Below the pieces are notes generated by a model. The model was given only the letters and a program-made list of their open reading frames with translations. It did no database searches and was not told the origin of the DNA. From the human T2T-CHM13v2.0 reference genome, Homo sapiens: DNA of 64,000 nucleotides. A program made the position numbers and the translations under genes. Shown piece after piece: positions 32,745 to 46,895 of this stretch. The DNA lies in NCBI RefSeq assembly GCF_009914755.1, contig NC_060944.1; one strand, 5' to 3'. Each line of letters starts with the position of its first letter. Position 1 is the stretch's first letter.

Positions 32745-33295
32745 TGAATATTGTGTGTCCCTGAAGTGACACCTTGAGAAGAACATGGTATTGTCTGTGG
32801 GTACCTGGCTAGGGAGGCACAACCTGAATCTAACCATGAAGAAACAGAGAACATGAAATACAGAACATGCTGTTTTTAAAAGGACTATATTCTTCAAAAC
32901 TGTCAATATTATAAAATACAAAGAAAGGGTGTGGAAATGTTTTAGACTAAAAGAGACCACAGAGACATGACAATGTGTGCTGAGGGGGCAAAATGCTGAA
33001 TTAACACCTAATTGAGCCAAGTTATTGATAAAATCAGAATGCTCATGGTAGGTTAGAAAAAATTATTGTCATTGTTCAGTTTACTGGGATTGACAATTGT
33101 GCTATGGTCATGTCAAAATATTGTGATTTTTAGGAAATGTACACTGAAATATTTAGGGATAAAGAGCCATGATGTGTGCAACTTACTCTCAAATGGCCCA
33201 GGAAAGAAATATTATTTGTTGAGGTTATTATCATTATTATGATTAAGCTGTTATTATTGATTAAATTGTTAAATTATTTCCAAATAAAAAGCTTT
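32745..33295 (+). mobile_element. L1MC4/5-like 3' UTR fragment
   Basis: 'aacctgaatctaaccatgaagaaaca...cttcaaaactgtcaat...gcaacttactctcaaatgg'. Confidence 0.65.
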
Positions 33296-33699
33296 TTAAA
33301 ATGTAATCCTTAAAGAGTGTCCCTGTAAAGATACTTTTAACACTGTGAGCATTGTTTAATTACAGATGATGGGAAGAAGGAAGAATGAAAAATACGGTTT
33401 TCCAAGCCCTGAGAAAAACCTCTATAGACTGGATCCTTATGAAAATGTCAGTTCTAAATATCACTTGACAGATGTTTTTCCCAGGCTTTTATTGGGACGG
33501 ACATCAGGCCAACTTTCTCCCACAGACAAGGTCTTCTGTGGTGGGGTAAGTCCCCTGCAGACACATGCCTGCCAATCATTTTTAACACAACAATCTCCAT
33601 TTTCCCCAAGTTCCTTCAAATAAGGACTGAACATTTACTGCATTTGTGTTAACGTTTTCCCTTTTTCACTGATCGGGTTGGCCAAGCCCTTTTTGTCGC

Positions 33700-34670
33700 T
33701 TTTATTTTAGTTTTGGGGTACATGTGCAGGTTTGATATATAGGTAAATTACCTGTCATGGGGGTTTGGTGTACAGATTATTTCATCACCCAGGTAATCAG
33801 CATAGTACCTGATAGGGAGTTTTTTTTTTTTCACCCTCCTCCCACCCTCCACCCTCAAGTAGGACCCAGGTTATGTTGTTCCCTTCTTTGTGTCCATATG
33901 TACTCAGTGTTTAGTTCCTTCTTATACTTGAGAACATGCAGTATTTGATTTTCTGTTCCTCTGTTAGTTTGTTTAGGATAATAGCTTCCAGCTCCATCCA
34001 TGTTGCTGCAAAGGTTATGATCTTGTTCTTTTTATGGCTATGTAGTATTTCCTGGTGTACATTTACCACGTTTCTTTATCCAGTCTACCATTTATGGGCA
34101 TTTAGGTTGATTCCATGTCTTTGCTATTGTGAATAGTGCTACAATGAACATATGCATACATGTGTCTTTATGGTAGAATGATTTATATTCCTTTAGGTGT
34201 ATACCCAATAAGGGGATTTCTGAGTTGAATGGTAATTCTGTTTTAAGTTATTTGAGAAATCACCAAACTAGTTTCCACAATGACTGAACTAATTTACATT
34301 CCAACCAACAGTGTATAAGAGTTCCCTTTCTCCAGAACTTTACCGGCATCTGTTATTTTTTCACTTTTTAATGGCAGACATTTTGACTGGTGTGAGATGG
34401 TATCTCATTGTTGTTTTGATTTGCATTTCCCTAATGATTAGTGATATTGAGCATTTTTTCATATGCTTGTTGTCCATGTGTATGTCTTCTTTTGAAAAGT
34501 TTCTGTTCATGTTCTTTGCCCACTTTATAATGAGGTTGCTTGTTTTTTGCTTGTACATTTGTTAAGGTTCCTAATAGATTCTGGCTATTAGACCTTTGTC
34601 AGATACATAGCTTGCAAATATTTTCTCTCATTCTATAAATAGTCTCCTTTCCCTGTTGATAGTTTCTTCT
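33700..34670 (-). mobile_element. L1PA (old primate, ~PA13-16) 3' ~1 kb
   Basis: 'ggggtacatgtgcaggtttg...gattatttcatcacccaggta...gactggtgtgagatggtatctcattg'; degenerate TSD gg(c/g)caa(g/t)ccctttttg on both flanks. Confidence 0.9.
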
Positions 34671-35192
34671 GGGCAATCCCTTTTTGAATATAGTCAGAGA
34701 GCTCATCAATTCATGACCTTGGGAGTCCTAAGATTTTCTTCTCTTTCCCATAGTGACTTGACTACTCACTAATATGTGGAGTGGAAGGAAGAAGAAATTA
34801 CCCTAGTCCCTTGTTTTTGTAGTCCTAATAGATGTGTTCACACAGGAAGAGAGATATGCTGGTTCAGATGAAGTTTGGGAATATGGATACAATTCCATTC
34901 TTGGAGCAATTACCAAACCTCAGGAGATTAACACACTAAAAGTTTAATTATCACACTCACAAAGGTCAGTAATGATTGGGTGGCTCTTCTCTAAGTGATC
35001 ACTCAGAAATTTAGGTTCCTTGACTTTTGTTTGGGTAATTTTCACTTTCAGTACGAAACCTGCAGTTGCCACTGCATGAGAAGACAGAGTGGGTAATATA
35101 GGGAGATCCACACATAGGTTCAGAAGTGGCATACATCAGTTTAGCCCACATCATACAATGCAACATCAACACTCCTCCATCAAGATTGGAGC

Positions 35193-35535
<343 letters not shown>

Positions 35536-36475
35536 TTACAACTGCCTCAACCAGTAGAACACGGTGGAAGGGACACTGCATTACTTCTGAGGCTAGGTTA
35601 TAACAGGCAATATGGCTTCACCTTGCCTCACTCTCTGTCTCTGAATGCTCACCCTTGGACCCAAGCCAGCAGCCTGGATCAACTGGTAGACATGTAAGTG
35701 AATGAGCCTCTGGCCTTTAAACCTTCCAGAGGAAGTCCTAGATGTGATGGAGCAGAAACAAGCCATCCTGCTGTGCCCTGTTAAATTTCTGACCTACACA
35801 AGGATAAGAAATAATGAATCATTAACATTGATTTAGGCTAACAAGTTTTGGAACAACTTATTACACAGTAATAGACAAGTAAGACAATGGGCACCTTGCT
35901 AATCTCTGCCTCAATTCTGTAGCCTCTCTGCAGAGAGTTGCTCATTAGGATTCCCAGACTCCCGTCTGAGAGAAAAATCATCACCACTGCTATCACCACC
36001 ACAGTTATCATCAGTCACTGCATCTGTCAGCACCTCAGCAAGAAATGCAGATGATACTCTGAAAAGGGGAAATTGCATAGTGCTTTTGAAAGGATTTAGG
36101 GAACTTATTAGTGACACACACTAGGACTGGCAACAAAGGGGGGCTGTTACCACCCTGGGCCAAATGGGCAAGAAGTGGTCACCAGTTTTTTGCAGGAGCT
36201 ATAACTATAGGAGAGGGACTAGCTGAAAAGAGCCAAGATTTTTCAAGTGCAAACTGAGTCACAGCAAAGAGAGACCTAGGGAAATAAAAACCCAGACTCT
36301 CTTTTCTTTCAATCTCTGACTTTTCGTTGATAGTTTCTATTGGCTATACCCAATAGTAAACCAAAGGGCACAGGAGGCTGGTTGATACAGTCCATAAGGT
36401 TCAGCCTCCCAGCAGACAAACCAGGATGACAAAGGTGGAGAGTAGACCTGGAGGAGTAATTATGAACATTTTCCA

Positions 36476-36700
36476 CATTCATCATCATCACCATCACCAT
36501 CAGCATTGTCATTATTATCATTATCATCATCATCACCATCACCATCATTGTCACCATTATCAATATTATCACCATTATCACCATCACCAACATCATCATT
36601 GTCACCATTATCACTATCATAATCACCATCACCATCATCATCATCACAATCATCACCATCACCATCACCAGCATTATCATCACCACTATCATCATCATCT
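36476..36700. repeat. (CAT/CAC)n degenerate trinucleotide repeat
   Basis: Mixed cat/cac/tat units; source of the His-rich and Met-rich ORFs. Confidence 0.95.
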
Positions 36701-37098
36701 TATACTACCTCATTATACTACCTCATGTGCTTACTACTTCTGAATTTGCAAAATAATTTCTCATGATTTTTCTGATATCATCCTCAGAAGGTCTTCCTTG
36801 CTGTATTCCCTGAGTCTAGATGAGAGTTTGTCACATAAATGGTGCTTAGTTCAATCCCACAAATATCTTTGATTGCCTACTCTATGCAAGGCTTCAGGCT
36901 AGAAACATGGGACAGAGAATAAAATTCCAAGATGAATATGTTATGTCTCATAAGATACCAAGTGTTAGGAAGGCTTAATCAGAAAACCCTTCAGAGGTTG
37001 TGGTGTTCAAGGTCCCTTTAGATGAGAGGTAGATCTCAACAGGTGTACTTAGGAGAAAATGCTCTTCCATGCCCTAGAAACCATATAAAATAGGTTTA

Positions 37099-37409
<311 letters not shown>

Positions 37410-39825
37410 GATGAGGAAATAGGAATTATGTTCTGGGAGCAGAAAATATTTCAGTTTTACTGGAACACAGAACTTACAGAGATAAAATGTAAGTTATGAA
37501 ATTGAAGAAGCAGTGGGTCATATAAGTCTTGGAAGCCAAGATGAGGCATTTATACTCATCACATTAGGTACAAGGAAGTCATTGATAGTTTTTGAGCACA
37601 GGAAGGAAGTATTCTAACTGTTCTTTCACAATATCAGGTTTACAGTAATAGATAGGATAAATGTGGTGAGCACAGACATGGTGTGGGGGAAATTATTTAT
37701 AGGACTACTGTTCTAGTTTCAGTAAAAAGAACCTCTAAAGGGTTGCGAGGGGCAGAAATGGAATAAAAGGATGTGGCAACAGGCTGACAGTGTGAGATCG
37801 AAGAAAGAACCAAGAAAGATGGCTCTTTTTACAGCCAGTCACTTCTGGGCATGGAGGATGCCACTTGTTCAACATCACAAGGATTTATCATGCAATTGTT
37901 TTGTGCCAGGCACTGCTCTTGACTATGTAAACACAGCAGGAAGCAAGACAGAAAAAACACAATCTCTCTTTCCACCCAGGTTCCATAAGAGATGCACAAG
38001 CAGGAAATTCAGGACTAAGAGATTGCACACGGGTTTTCCTCTGCCTGAAATATCCTTCCTCTTATCTCCTTTACCTAGAAAACACCTCCTCATCCCTTAA
38101 AACCACCCAACTCCCCAATTTAAACATTTGTCCCTGATTCTTTCATTGAACTTTGCTCATTCTTCCGGCACTTCCCTTGAGAGACAACTAGGTTTTTTTG
38201 GGTAAGAAAAACTTTTATAATCGTAGTAGCTTGTGAAAAGTCTCTTGGAGGTTGTGTTGAAACTATGAGTTCAAACCATTAGTAAGTCAAAAATCTGTAA
38301 AATTTCATCAGTTTATCAGGGTTGAAGCTCATTATTTGTCCTAAGAGTTTGGAAACATAGAGGACCCTGCCAACCATCCACCTCCTCATGCTCACCCCAG
38401 ATGGAATCCCACGGGTATGTTATGCAGCATGATGCCTGTGCATGCAATCTCTGGGCCTGCTGGGTGATATTTGTCCCTGTCATTCTGTTCTCACTCACTG
38501 GACTAAGGCAGCAGGTGCATGTGGGTCTGGGGCACATGGACAATCAGCACAGCCCTTGGGGTCAAGCTGACTTGAGTTGAAATTGAGGCTTTTCTACCTG
38601 AGCCTCAAGGCCTTGGACAAGGATCTCAATGCTGTGGAGCCTCAGCTTTTTTTTTTTTTTAACCTGTTAAGGAGGAAGAAGAAAGCCTGACTCTCGAGTT
38701 CCTAGGAGAATTAAATAGTGTGATGAATACAAAGCTCCTGGCCCATTGCAGGCATTTAACAAGTGGTGTGCTTTTATGTGGGTCAGATAGGATTTTCACA
38801 AATAGCAAGGGCATTCTGGAAGTTGAAAAACACTCTGATGACAACAATAACCTGCAGGCTATCGGGCGTATGTGAAAAGGGAAGAAAGTGGTTCCAGTGG
38901 GGAAGAGGGCAGTGGAAGGTGGAGAGCCTATGACAGTGCTGGCACCAGCCACCATGGCACTATATCCTGAAAATTTAGTTATGGCCTAGGTAGACTTTTC
39001 ATTACTTAATGGGCAAAAAATGACAAAATGCGTGTTGAAGTTTCATTCATGCATTGATTCAACAAATATTTATTCAGTGCCTACTATGTGCCAGGCACTA
39101 TTTACAACAGTGAATAAGACAGAGAAAACCATTGCTCTCTGGAAGATTTCATCCTAGTGATGGGAGACAAATAAGAAGCAAATATAGAAGCAAAATATCA
39201 GAGTCGTGAGTGCTTTGAGGAGCAATGAAGCATGGGTGCGGTAAGTTGAGTGGAGCCAGGACTGGGCCTCATCTTTCAGCAGGCTCGGGGACCCCCACGA
39301 CCCTTCTGAACCTGAATGTTCTGGTGGACAGCAGCCACCGCAAAGTCTGGGCCCATCCTGCTTCTTTCCCAGTCGTGGTTTGCAGCTAGCCTTCGGGAAT
39401 CAGTTCCCAGTCATCACACATACTTTCCCCAAAACTTGCAGCTTTATTAAAGAAAATCTTCATGACAGGAAAATACGTGTGGCTACGGAGGATCACAAAT
39501 AAAAATTTAAAATAAATTAAAAACTGAACAAGTGTATTTGTCCCTGGATTCCAGGGAAAATTCCAGACACGCCCACAGCCGGTGGCAGCATTGATCCTCA
39601 GCCCAGGTGGTCAACAAAAGAAGAACTCAGGCACACTTCCCTGGGGCAGGAGTAAAGGAACACACTGTGCACACCTAACAAGAAATGACAGGCAGGTGTG
39701 AGACAGAAGGTTCCAGAAGTAGAGCAGAGGCAGGACACAAGATGGTCCAAGGCTCAGCCAGAGGGAAGGTTACCTGCTGCATTTGGGTCTACAGTCCTTG
39801 GTCCTATAGCTGTCAGCAGAGGTGC

Positions 39826-42142
39826 TATATTAGTCCGTTTTCATGCTGCTGATAAAGACATACCTGAGACTGGGAAGAAATAAAGGTTTAATGGACTTAC
39901 AGTTCCATGTGTCTGGGGACGCCTCACAAGCATGGCAGAAGGTGAACAGCACATCTCACATGGCAGCAGACAAGAAAAGAAAGAGAGTTAGTGCAGGGGA
40001 ATTCCTCTTATTAAAACCATCAGTTGTCATGAGACTTACTCACTATCATGAGAACAGCACAGGAAAGGCTTGCCCCATGATTCAATTGCCTCCCATCGAG
40101 TCCCTTCCACAACACGTGGGAATTCAAGATTAAATTTGGGTGGGGACACAGCCAAACCATATCATTCCGCCCTGGCCCCTCCCAAATCTTACATCCTTAC
40201 ATTTCAAAACTAATCATACCTTCCCAGCAGTCCCCAAAAGTCTTAACTCATTTCAGCATTAACTTAGAAATCCACAGTCCAAAGTCTCATCTGAGACAAG
40301 GCAAGTCCCTTCCACCTATGAACCTGTAAAATCAAAAGCAGATTAGTTACTTTCTAGATACAGTGGGGGTACAGGCATTGGGTAAATACACTGAGGATGC
40401 CATGAGGCGTCCCCAGCCACATGGAACTATAAGTCCATTAAACCTTTATTTCTTCTTGCAGACTCTCATTACAAATGAGATAAATTGGCCAAAACAAAGG
40501 GGCTACAGGCCCCATGCAAGTCTGAAATTCAGCAGGGAGTCAAATCTTAAAGCTCCAAAATGATCTCCTTTGATTTCGTGTCTCACATTCAGGTCACACT
40601 GATGCAAGAGGTGGGTTCTCATGGTCTTGGGCAGCTCCACCCTTGTGGTTTTTCAGGTTACAGCCTTGCTCCTGGCTGCTTTCATAGGCTGGCATTGAGT
40701 GTCTGCAGCTTTTCTGGGTGCACAGTGCAAGCTGTGGGTGGATCTACCATTTTGGGGTCTGAAGGACAGTCGTCCTCTTCTCACAGCTCCACTAGGCAGT
40801 GCCCCAGTAGATACTCTGTGTGAGGGCTCCAATCCCACATTTCCCTTCTGCCCTAGCAGAGGTTCTCCATGAGGGCCCCACCCCTGCAGCAAACTTATCC
40901 CTGGACATCCAGGCATTTCCATACATCTTCTGAAACCTGGGTGAATGTTCCCAAACCTCAATTCTTGATTTCTGTGCACCCACAGGCTCAACACCAGGTG
41001 GAAGCTGCCAAGGCTTGAGGCTTGCACCCTCTGAAGGCACAGCCTGAGCTCTATGTTGGCCCCTTTCAGCCATGGCTGGGGCAGCTGGGATGCAGGGCAC
41101 CATGTTCCTAGGCTGCACACAGCACGGGGACCCTGGACCTGGCCCGCAAAACTACTTTTTCCTCCTAGGCCTCTGGGCTTGTGATGGGAGGGGCTGCTGT
41201 GAAGACCTCTGACATGTCCTGGAGACATTTTCCCCATTGTCTTGGGGATTAACATTCGGTTTCTCATTACTTATGCAAATTTCTGCAGGTGACTTGAATT
41301 TCTTCTCAGAAAACAGGATTTTCTTCTCTATCACATTGTCAGGTTGCAAATTTTCTGAACTTTAATGCTCTGCTTCTTTTATAAAACTGAATGCTTTTAA
41401 CAGCACCAAAGTCACATCTTGAATGCTTTGCTGCTTAGAAATTTCTTCCACCAATATCTTAAATTAACTTTTTCAAGTTCAAAGTTCCACAAATCTCTAG
41501 GGCAGAGGCAAAATGCCACCAGTCTCTTTGCTAAAACATAACAAGAGTCACCTTTGCTCCAGTTCCTAACAAGCTCCTTATCTCCATATGAGACCACCTC
41601 AGCCTGGACCTTATTGTTCATATCACTCTCAACAGTTTTGTCAAAGCCATTCAACAAGTCTCTTGGAAGTTCCAAACTTTCCCACATTTTTCTATCTTCT
41701 TCTGAGCCCTCCAAACTGTTTCAATCTCTGCCTGTTACCCAGTTCTAAAGTTGCTTCCATATTTTTGGGTAACTTTTCAGCAACACCCCACTCTATTGGT
41801 ACCAATTTACTGTATTAGTCAGGTTTCATGCTGCTGATAAGACATAACTGAAATTGGGAAGAAAAAAGGTTTAGCGGACTTACATTTCCATGGGGCTGGG
41901 GACACCTCACAATCATGGCAGAAGGTGAAAGGCATGTCTTACGTGGCAGCAGACAGGAGAAGAGAGCTCGTGTGGGAGATTTCCTCTTTTTAAAACCATC
42001 AGATCTCATGAGACATTCATTGTCATGAGAACAGCATGGGAAAGACTTGCCCCCATGATTCAATTACCTCCCACTGGGTCTTTCCCACAACATGTGGGAA
42101 TTCAAGATAAGATTTGGGTGGGGACACAGCCAAACCATATCA
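39826..42142 (-). mobile_element. Full-length THE1 (THE1A-like) MaLR retrotransposon: LTR 39826-40164, internal 40165-41810, LTR 41811-42142
   Basis: Two direct LTRs 't(a/g)tattagtc...cagccaaaccatatca' (reverse complement of the THE1 consensus), ~1.6-kb THE1-int with decayed MaLR ORF remnants, 5-bp TSD ggtgc/ggcac. Confidence 0.95.
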
Positions 42143-42459
42143 GGCACCTCTGATGGCTTCTTGCAGACCCTCTCTGGAGGAGCACTCAAGACCAAGAAGG
42201 GCAGGAGACTATCAGGACCACTTGAGAAGGCTGCTGCTTGATTTCCCCGCTCCATGCTAGCGCCCTTCATCCATGCTCCACACAGAAGCATTTGCACTCA
42301 ATACTCCTCACACCCTTCACCTTCCCTCCCCACTGTGCCTACCCTTACCCCTCACCCACTCTGAAGTCAAATTCCTGAGGACAGCCTGTCTCCCTGGCTT
42401 TTCCTTCAGCCTGACACTCAGTCCAGGAGATGCTTAAAAGCTGGGCTCTGTCATGTTGC

Positions 42460-42625
42460 CTTAGGCAAACCATGCAGGCAACTCACACTTCAGCTCCCTC
42501 TTCTGTAAAGTGGAAATGCTAATTCCTCTGAGGCATTTGTGAAGAATAAGTAGAAAACTAACATGTAAAGGATTCAGCATAGTGACTGGCACACAGCAAG
42601 TGGTGAGCACATGTTTGCTATTAGG
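42460..42625 (+). mobile_element. MIR
   Basis: 'cttctgtaaagtggaaatgctaat...catgtaaaggattcagcatagtgactggcacacagcaag'. Confidence 0.7.
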
Positions 42626-43582
42626 GCTGATACTGGAGCTATTGAATTGCTTGGGCTCCCTGCATGGTGCTGTCACTCACATACCTGGGCCATGCTCAGT
42701 GCCACCCATCACCTGGCAGGGGCTTCATCTTCAGAACTCAAAGGCTAGCTTCCTGGACCCTCCAGCTTCACCTAAATGCTTCCCTTTAGTTATCTCAGGT
42801 ACCAGATCACCCTTCTAGCATAGCACCGTCCTTTTCAAAATTGACAGTATCTGTTTATATATCTAAACCTTCCCTCCATAATATAAACTCCAGAAGGTGA
42901 GGAAATGTGTCTGATCCATCTTGGCATCTCCATTATGGAGCAAATTGACTTGTATTGAGGGACACAGAGAGATGGACAGTCAGAGGGAGAGGCAAAGCTA
43001 ATAAAATTCCCAATTTATTTTCCACCAATACCCCCCTATGCATTGTTAATAAAAACACACACACACACACGCAGAAACACACACACACAGAATAAATAAA
43101 ATGTATATATTTCCATCTTGTTCCAAGTAAATCATTCCATATCCTCAGCCATAACATTTTAATAAAGATAAAATTAATTTAAAATAGATAATTTAGTTGA
43201 CTCATGTGCCCAAATACATAGATTTTGCAAGTAGCTATTGTGACAATAGCAGCTAATATTTATTGAAAACGTACTATGTGCCAGGAAAGATGCTAAGGGC
43301 ACCATCTTTTTAACTAAATTGGTCATCCCAACAAGCTGCAAGAGGATGTTGATGTCCTGATTTTATACTTTGTGAAATAGATCCAGAGATGTTAAGGAGG
43401 TGCTCAAGGTCACACAGCATAGTACAGCACTTGAAATTAGTTTTTTTTTTCTCTCTTTTGTGTTATGAGTTGAAGTGGATCCCTAAAAATGACATAAGCC
43501 CCAGTGGTCCAGGCACAGTGCCAGCTTTATCCAGCATAGTGGGCACTGAGTTGGGTTTATTTTCATTTAAAAAATGGACAAG

Positions 43583-43800
43583 AAGCCTGGGCAACATGGT
43601 GAAACCCTGTCTCCACAAAAAATACAAAAATTAGCCCAGCAAGGTGGCCTAGGGCTCTTGTCCTGGCTACGCAGGAGGCTAAGGTGGGAGAATCACTTTA
43701 GCCCCGGAGACAGAGGTTGCAGTGAGCTGAGGTTGCGCCACTGCACTCCAGCCTGGGCAATAAAGAGAGACCCTATCTCAAAAAATGAATAAATAAATAG
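43583..43800 (+). mobile_element. 5'-truncated Alu
   Basis: Starts 'agcctgggcaacatggtgaaacc'; right arm and A-rich tail present. Confidence 0.85.
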
Positions 43801-44119
43801 TTAAAATAAAATAAGATAAGAGAGGTTGAATGCTGGTTTGAGGCCACATACCTTAGAGGACTGGCTGGTTCACAGACATCTTTTCACTGCATGCCAAGCT
43901 AAGTCAAATAAGCTAGAGTGACAGTAGAATCCCAATCTATGACTTCTGGTGTTCTAGGTCTTGTAACCTAAGCAGGAGGTTGGAAGTGGGAAGATGCTGA
44001 ACCTTCAGGGAAGGTGTTGTCAGCGAGGAGGTCGGCATGGGATTTTTGTGGTGAGGAATGAGACTAAAACAGTAGTTTGAGATCAAATGGAGGATGGTGG
44101 AGAAGTAAGTTTAGAATTT

Positions 44120-44305
44120 CTTTTTCTTTCTTTCCTTTTCTTCTTTTTTGACAGGATCCTGATGTGCCACCTAGGCTGGAGTGCAGGGACACGATCACAG
44201 CTTACTGTAGCCTCAGCCTCCTGAGGAGCTGGGACTACAGACACTTGCCACCATGCTTGGCTATTTTTTTTTTTTAGACAGTGTCTGTCCATGTTTCCCA
44301 GGCTG
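44120..44305 (-). mobile_element. Truncated AluJ
   Basis: Partial Alu; near-perfect TSD aagtttagaa(t/c)ttctt at ~44107 and ~44307. Confidence 0.75.
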
Positions 44306-45377
44306 AAGTTTAGAACTTCTTGCTGGGGAAACCTCTTATGCAGGTCAATCAAGGTGCTGAACATGAACGTTTTAGGTAAAGATGGTTAAGGAGACCGACG
44401 TGACAGAGCAAATATTACAAAAGGAGAGCTGACAGTACATACGGAACCTTAGGAGATACAAAGGGGTGGGTGAGGGAAGGATTCATTCTTTAGAGATACT
44501 GTGTCTGAGGGGATGATGGGGCCTCCAGGTAGGGAGGTCTGGCGAGCAGCTGAAGAGGGGAGGAAGGCAGGAAATGTGGAGTGCCTCCTACACAGAGCTG
44601 AGGACTGCAGAGAGAGCAGAGGAAGTTTGTCTGCTCAAGATGGAGAAGTCAAGAGAAAGAAGAGCATGGGGCTTAATCTGGGCCCAGAGCTGCTCCCCAT
44701 GCATGGATGGAAGGAGGCTGGGCAGTTCATTAAGGATGTGACTGCAGCTTCAGAAGAAAACCAGCAACCGCAGCATCATGGAAGTGTGGGGGCAAGAGAG
44801 CTTCAAGGAGAGGCTGATCAACCATATCCACTACTGCCACAGTCACAGATAATGTCACTAGAGAGATGGCCACTAGGTTTGTCATTCAGAGGTCAACCTT
44901 TTTCAGTGCCTTTTGGCAAACAAAATGGTAGAGATTTGAGAAAGGACTCTGGATAGTATCAAGGGAGTAGAAGCATCCTGTACAGAGGACTTCTTCAACC
45001 AGGTCAGCAGTCACCAAGAGGAGGGAGATTGAGGAGAGTCTAGAGGAAGAGCATGTGGCCCCAATGGATCGGAAGATGGCCACTCCAGACTCCAGTCTAT
45101 CTCTAACATTAAACTCCTGAGAGATTTGGGGCAAATATCTTCATGAAGGTGAGCCTCTATTTTCTCATTTGTTTATTTTGGAAAAATTAAAGAGAATAGT
45201 ATATCACATCACACAGTTCCCACAATACCAGCCCATGCCAATCCTGATTCATCACTACTCAACACGCTTTGTCCTCCCACTGGTTTATTTGCAAGTTCAT
45301 TCGAGATATGAAATCATTTCTTCCTTAAATAATCTTTTGAATTTTTCTCCAACAGATACAGTCATTTAAAAGTATAA

Positions 45378-45652
<275 letters not shown>

Positions 45653-46268
45653 TTACTACATCTAAAAAGTTAACAGGAATTTCTGAATAGCACCTAAGTG
45701 TTCAAAGTTCCCCCTTTTTCTCACACTATTTGAGGGTAAGGCAGAGTTGCTTTATTAAAATCAAGATCCAAAGGTCTACACATGATCCACACATGACCTT
45801 TGGCTAACATGTGTTTCTCTCTTTTACATCTGTAAATTTTCTCTCTCTGTGTCTTTCTTCTTGATGCTTATTTGTTGAAGAAACAAGGTAATATGTCCTG
45901 TAGAGTTTCCCACCATGTGGATCTCACTGGTGCCATCTACATGGTGCCATTTAATAGGTTCCTCTGTTCCCTGTATGTTCTGTCAGCTGGAAGTTAGACC
46001 TGAGGATTGCTGCAGTCCATATTTGATTTTTGTCGAAAAATGTTGTGTATTTTCTAATGCATCACGTATGTACAAGTTTCTCATGGTCTCTTTTTTTTGT
46101 GATGTTCAGATGGATGTGTGGGTTCAGAGACCATCTACTCAATCAATCCACAGTAAATTCCCAATACTTTTACTATGTTGTCAAGAAACTTTAAGTTCTT
46201 ACTATCTTACAAACCATCTAATCCATTTTGACTAGCAGAAAATTCAAGACTCTACATTAAGTAGATCA

Positions 46269-46895
<627 letters not shown>

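Noticed and set aside
36309-36743. His-rich and Met-rich ORFs
   Set aside because: Both strands of a CAT/CAC simple repeat; no gene context.
40560-41818. Several 65-204 aa ORFs
   Set aside because: Fragments of the decayed THE1 internal ORF, broken by stops and frameshifts.
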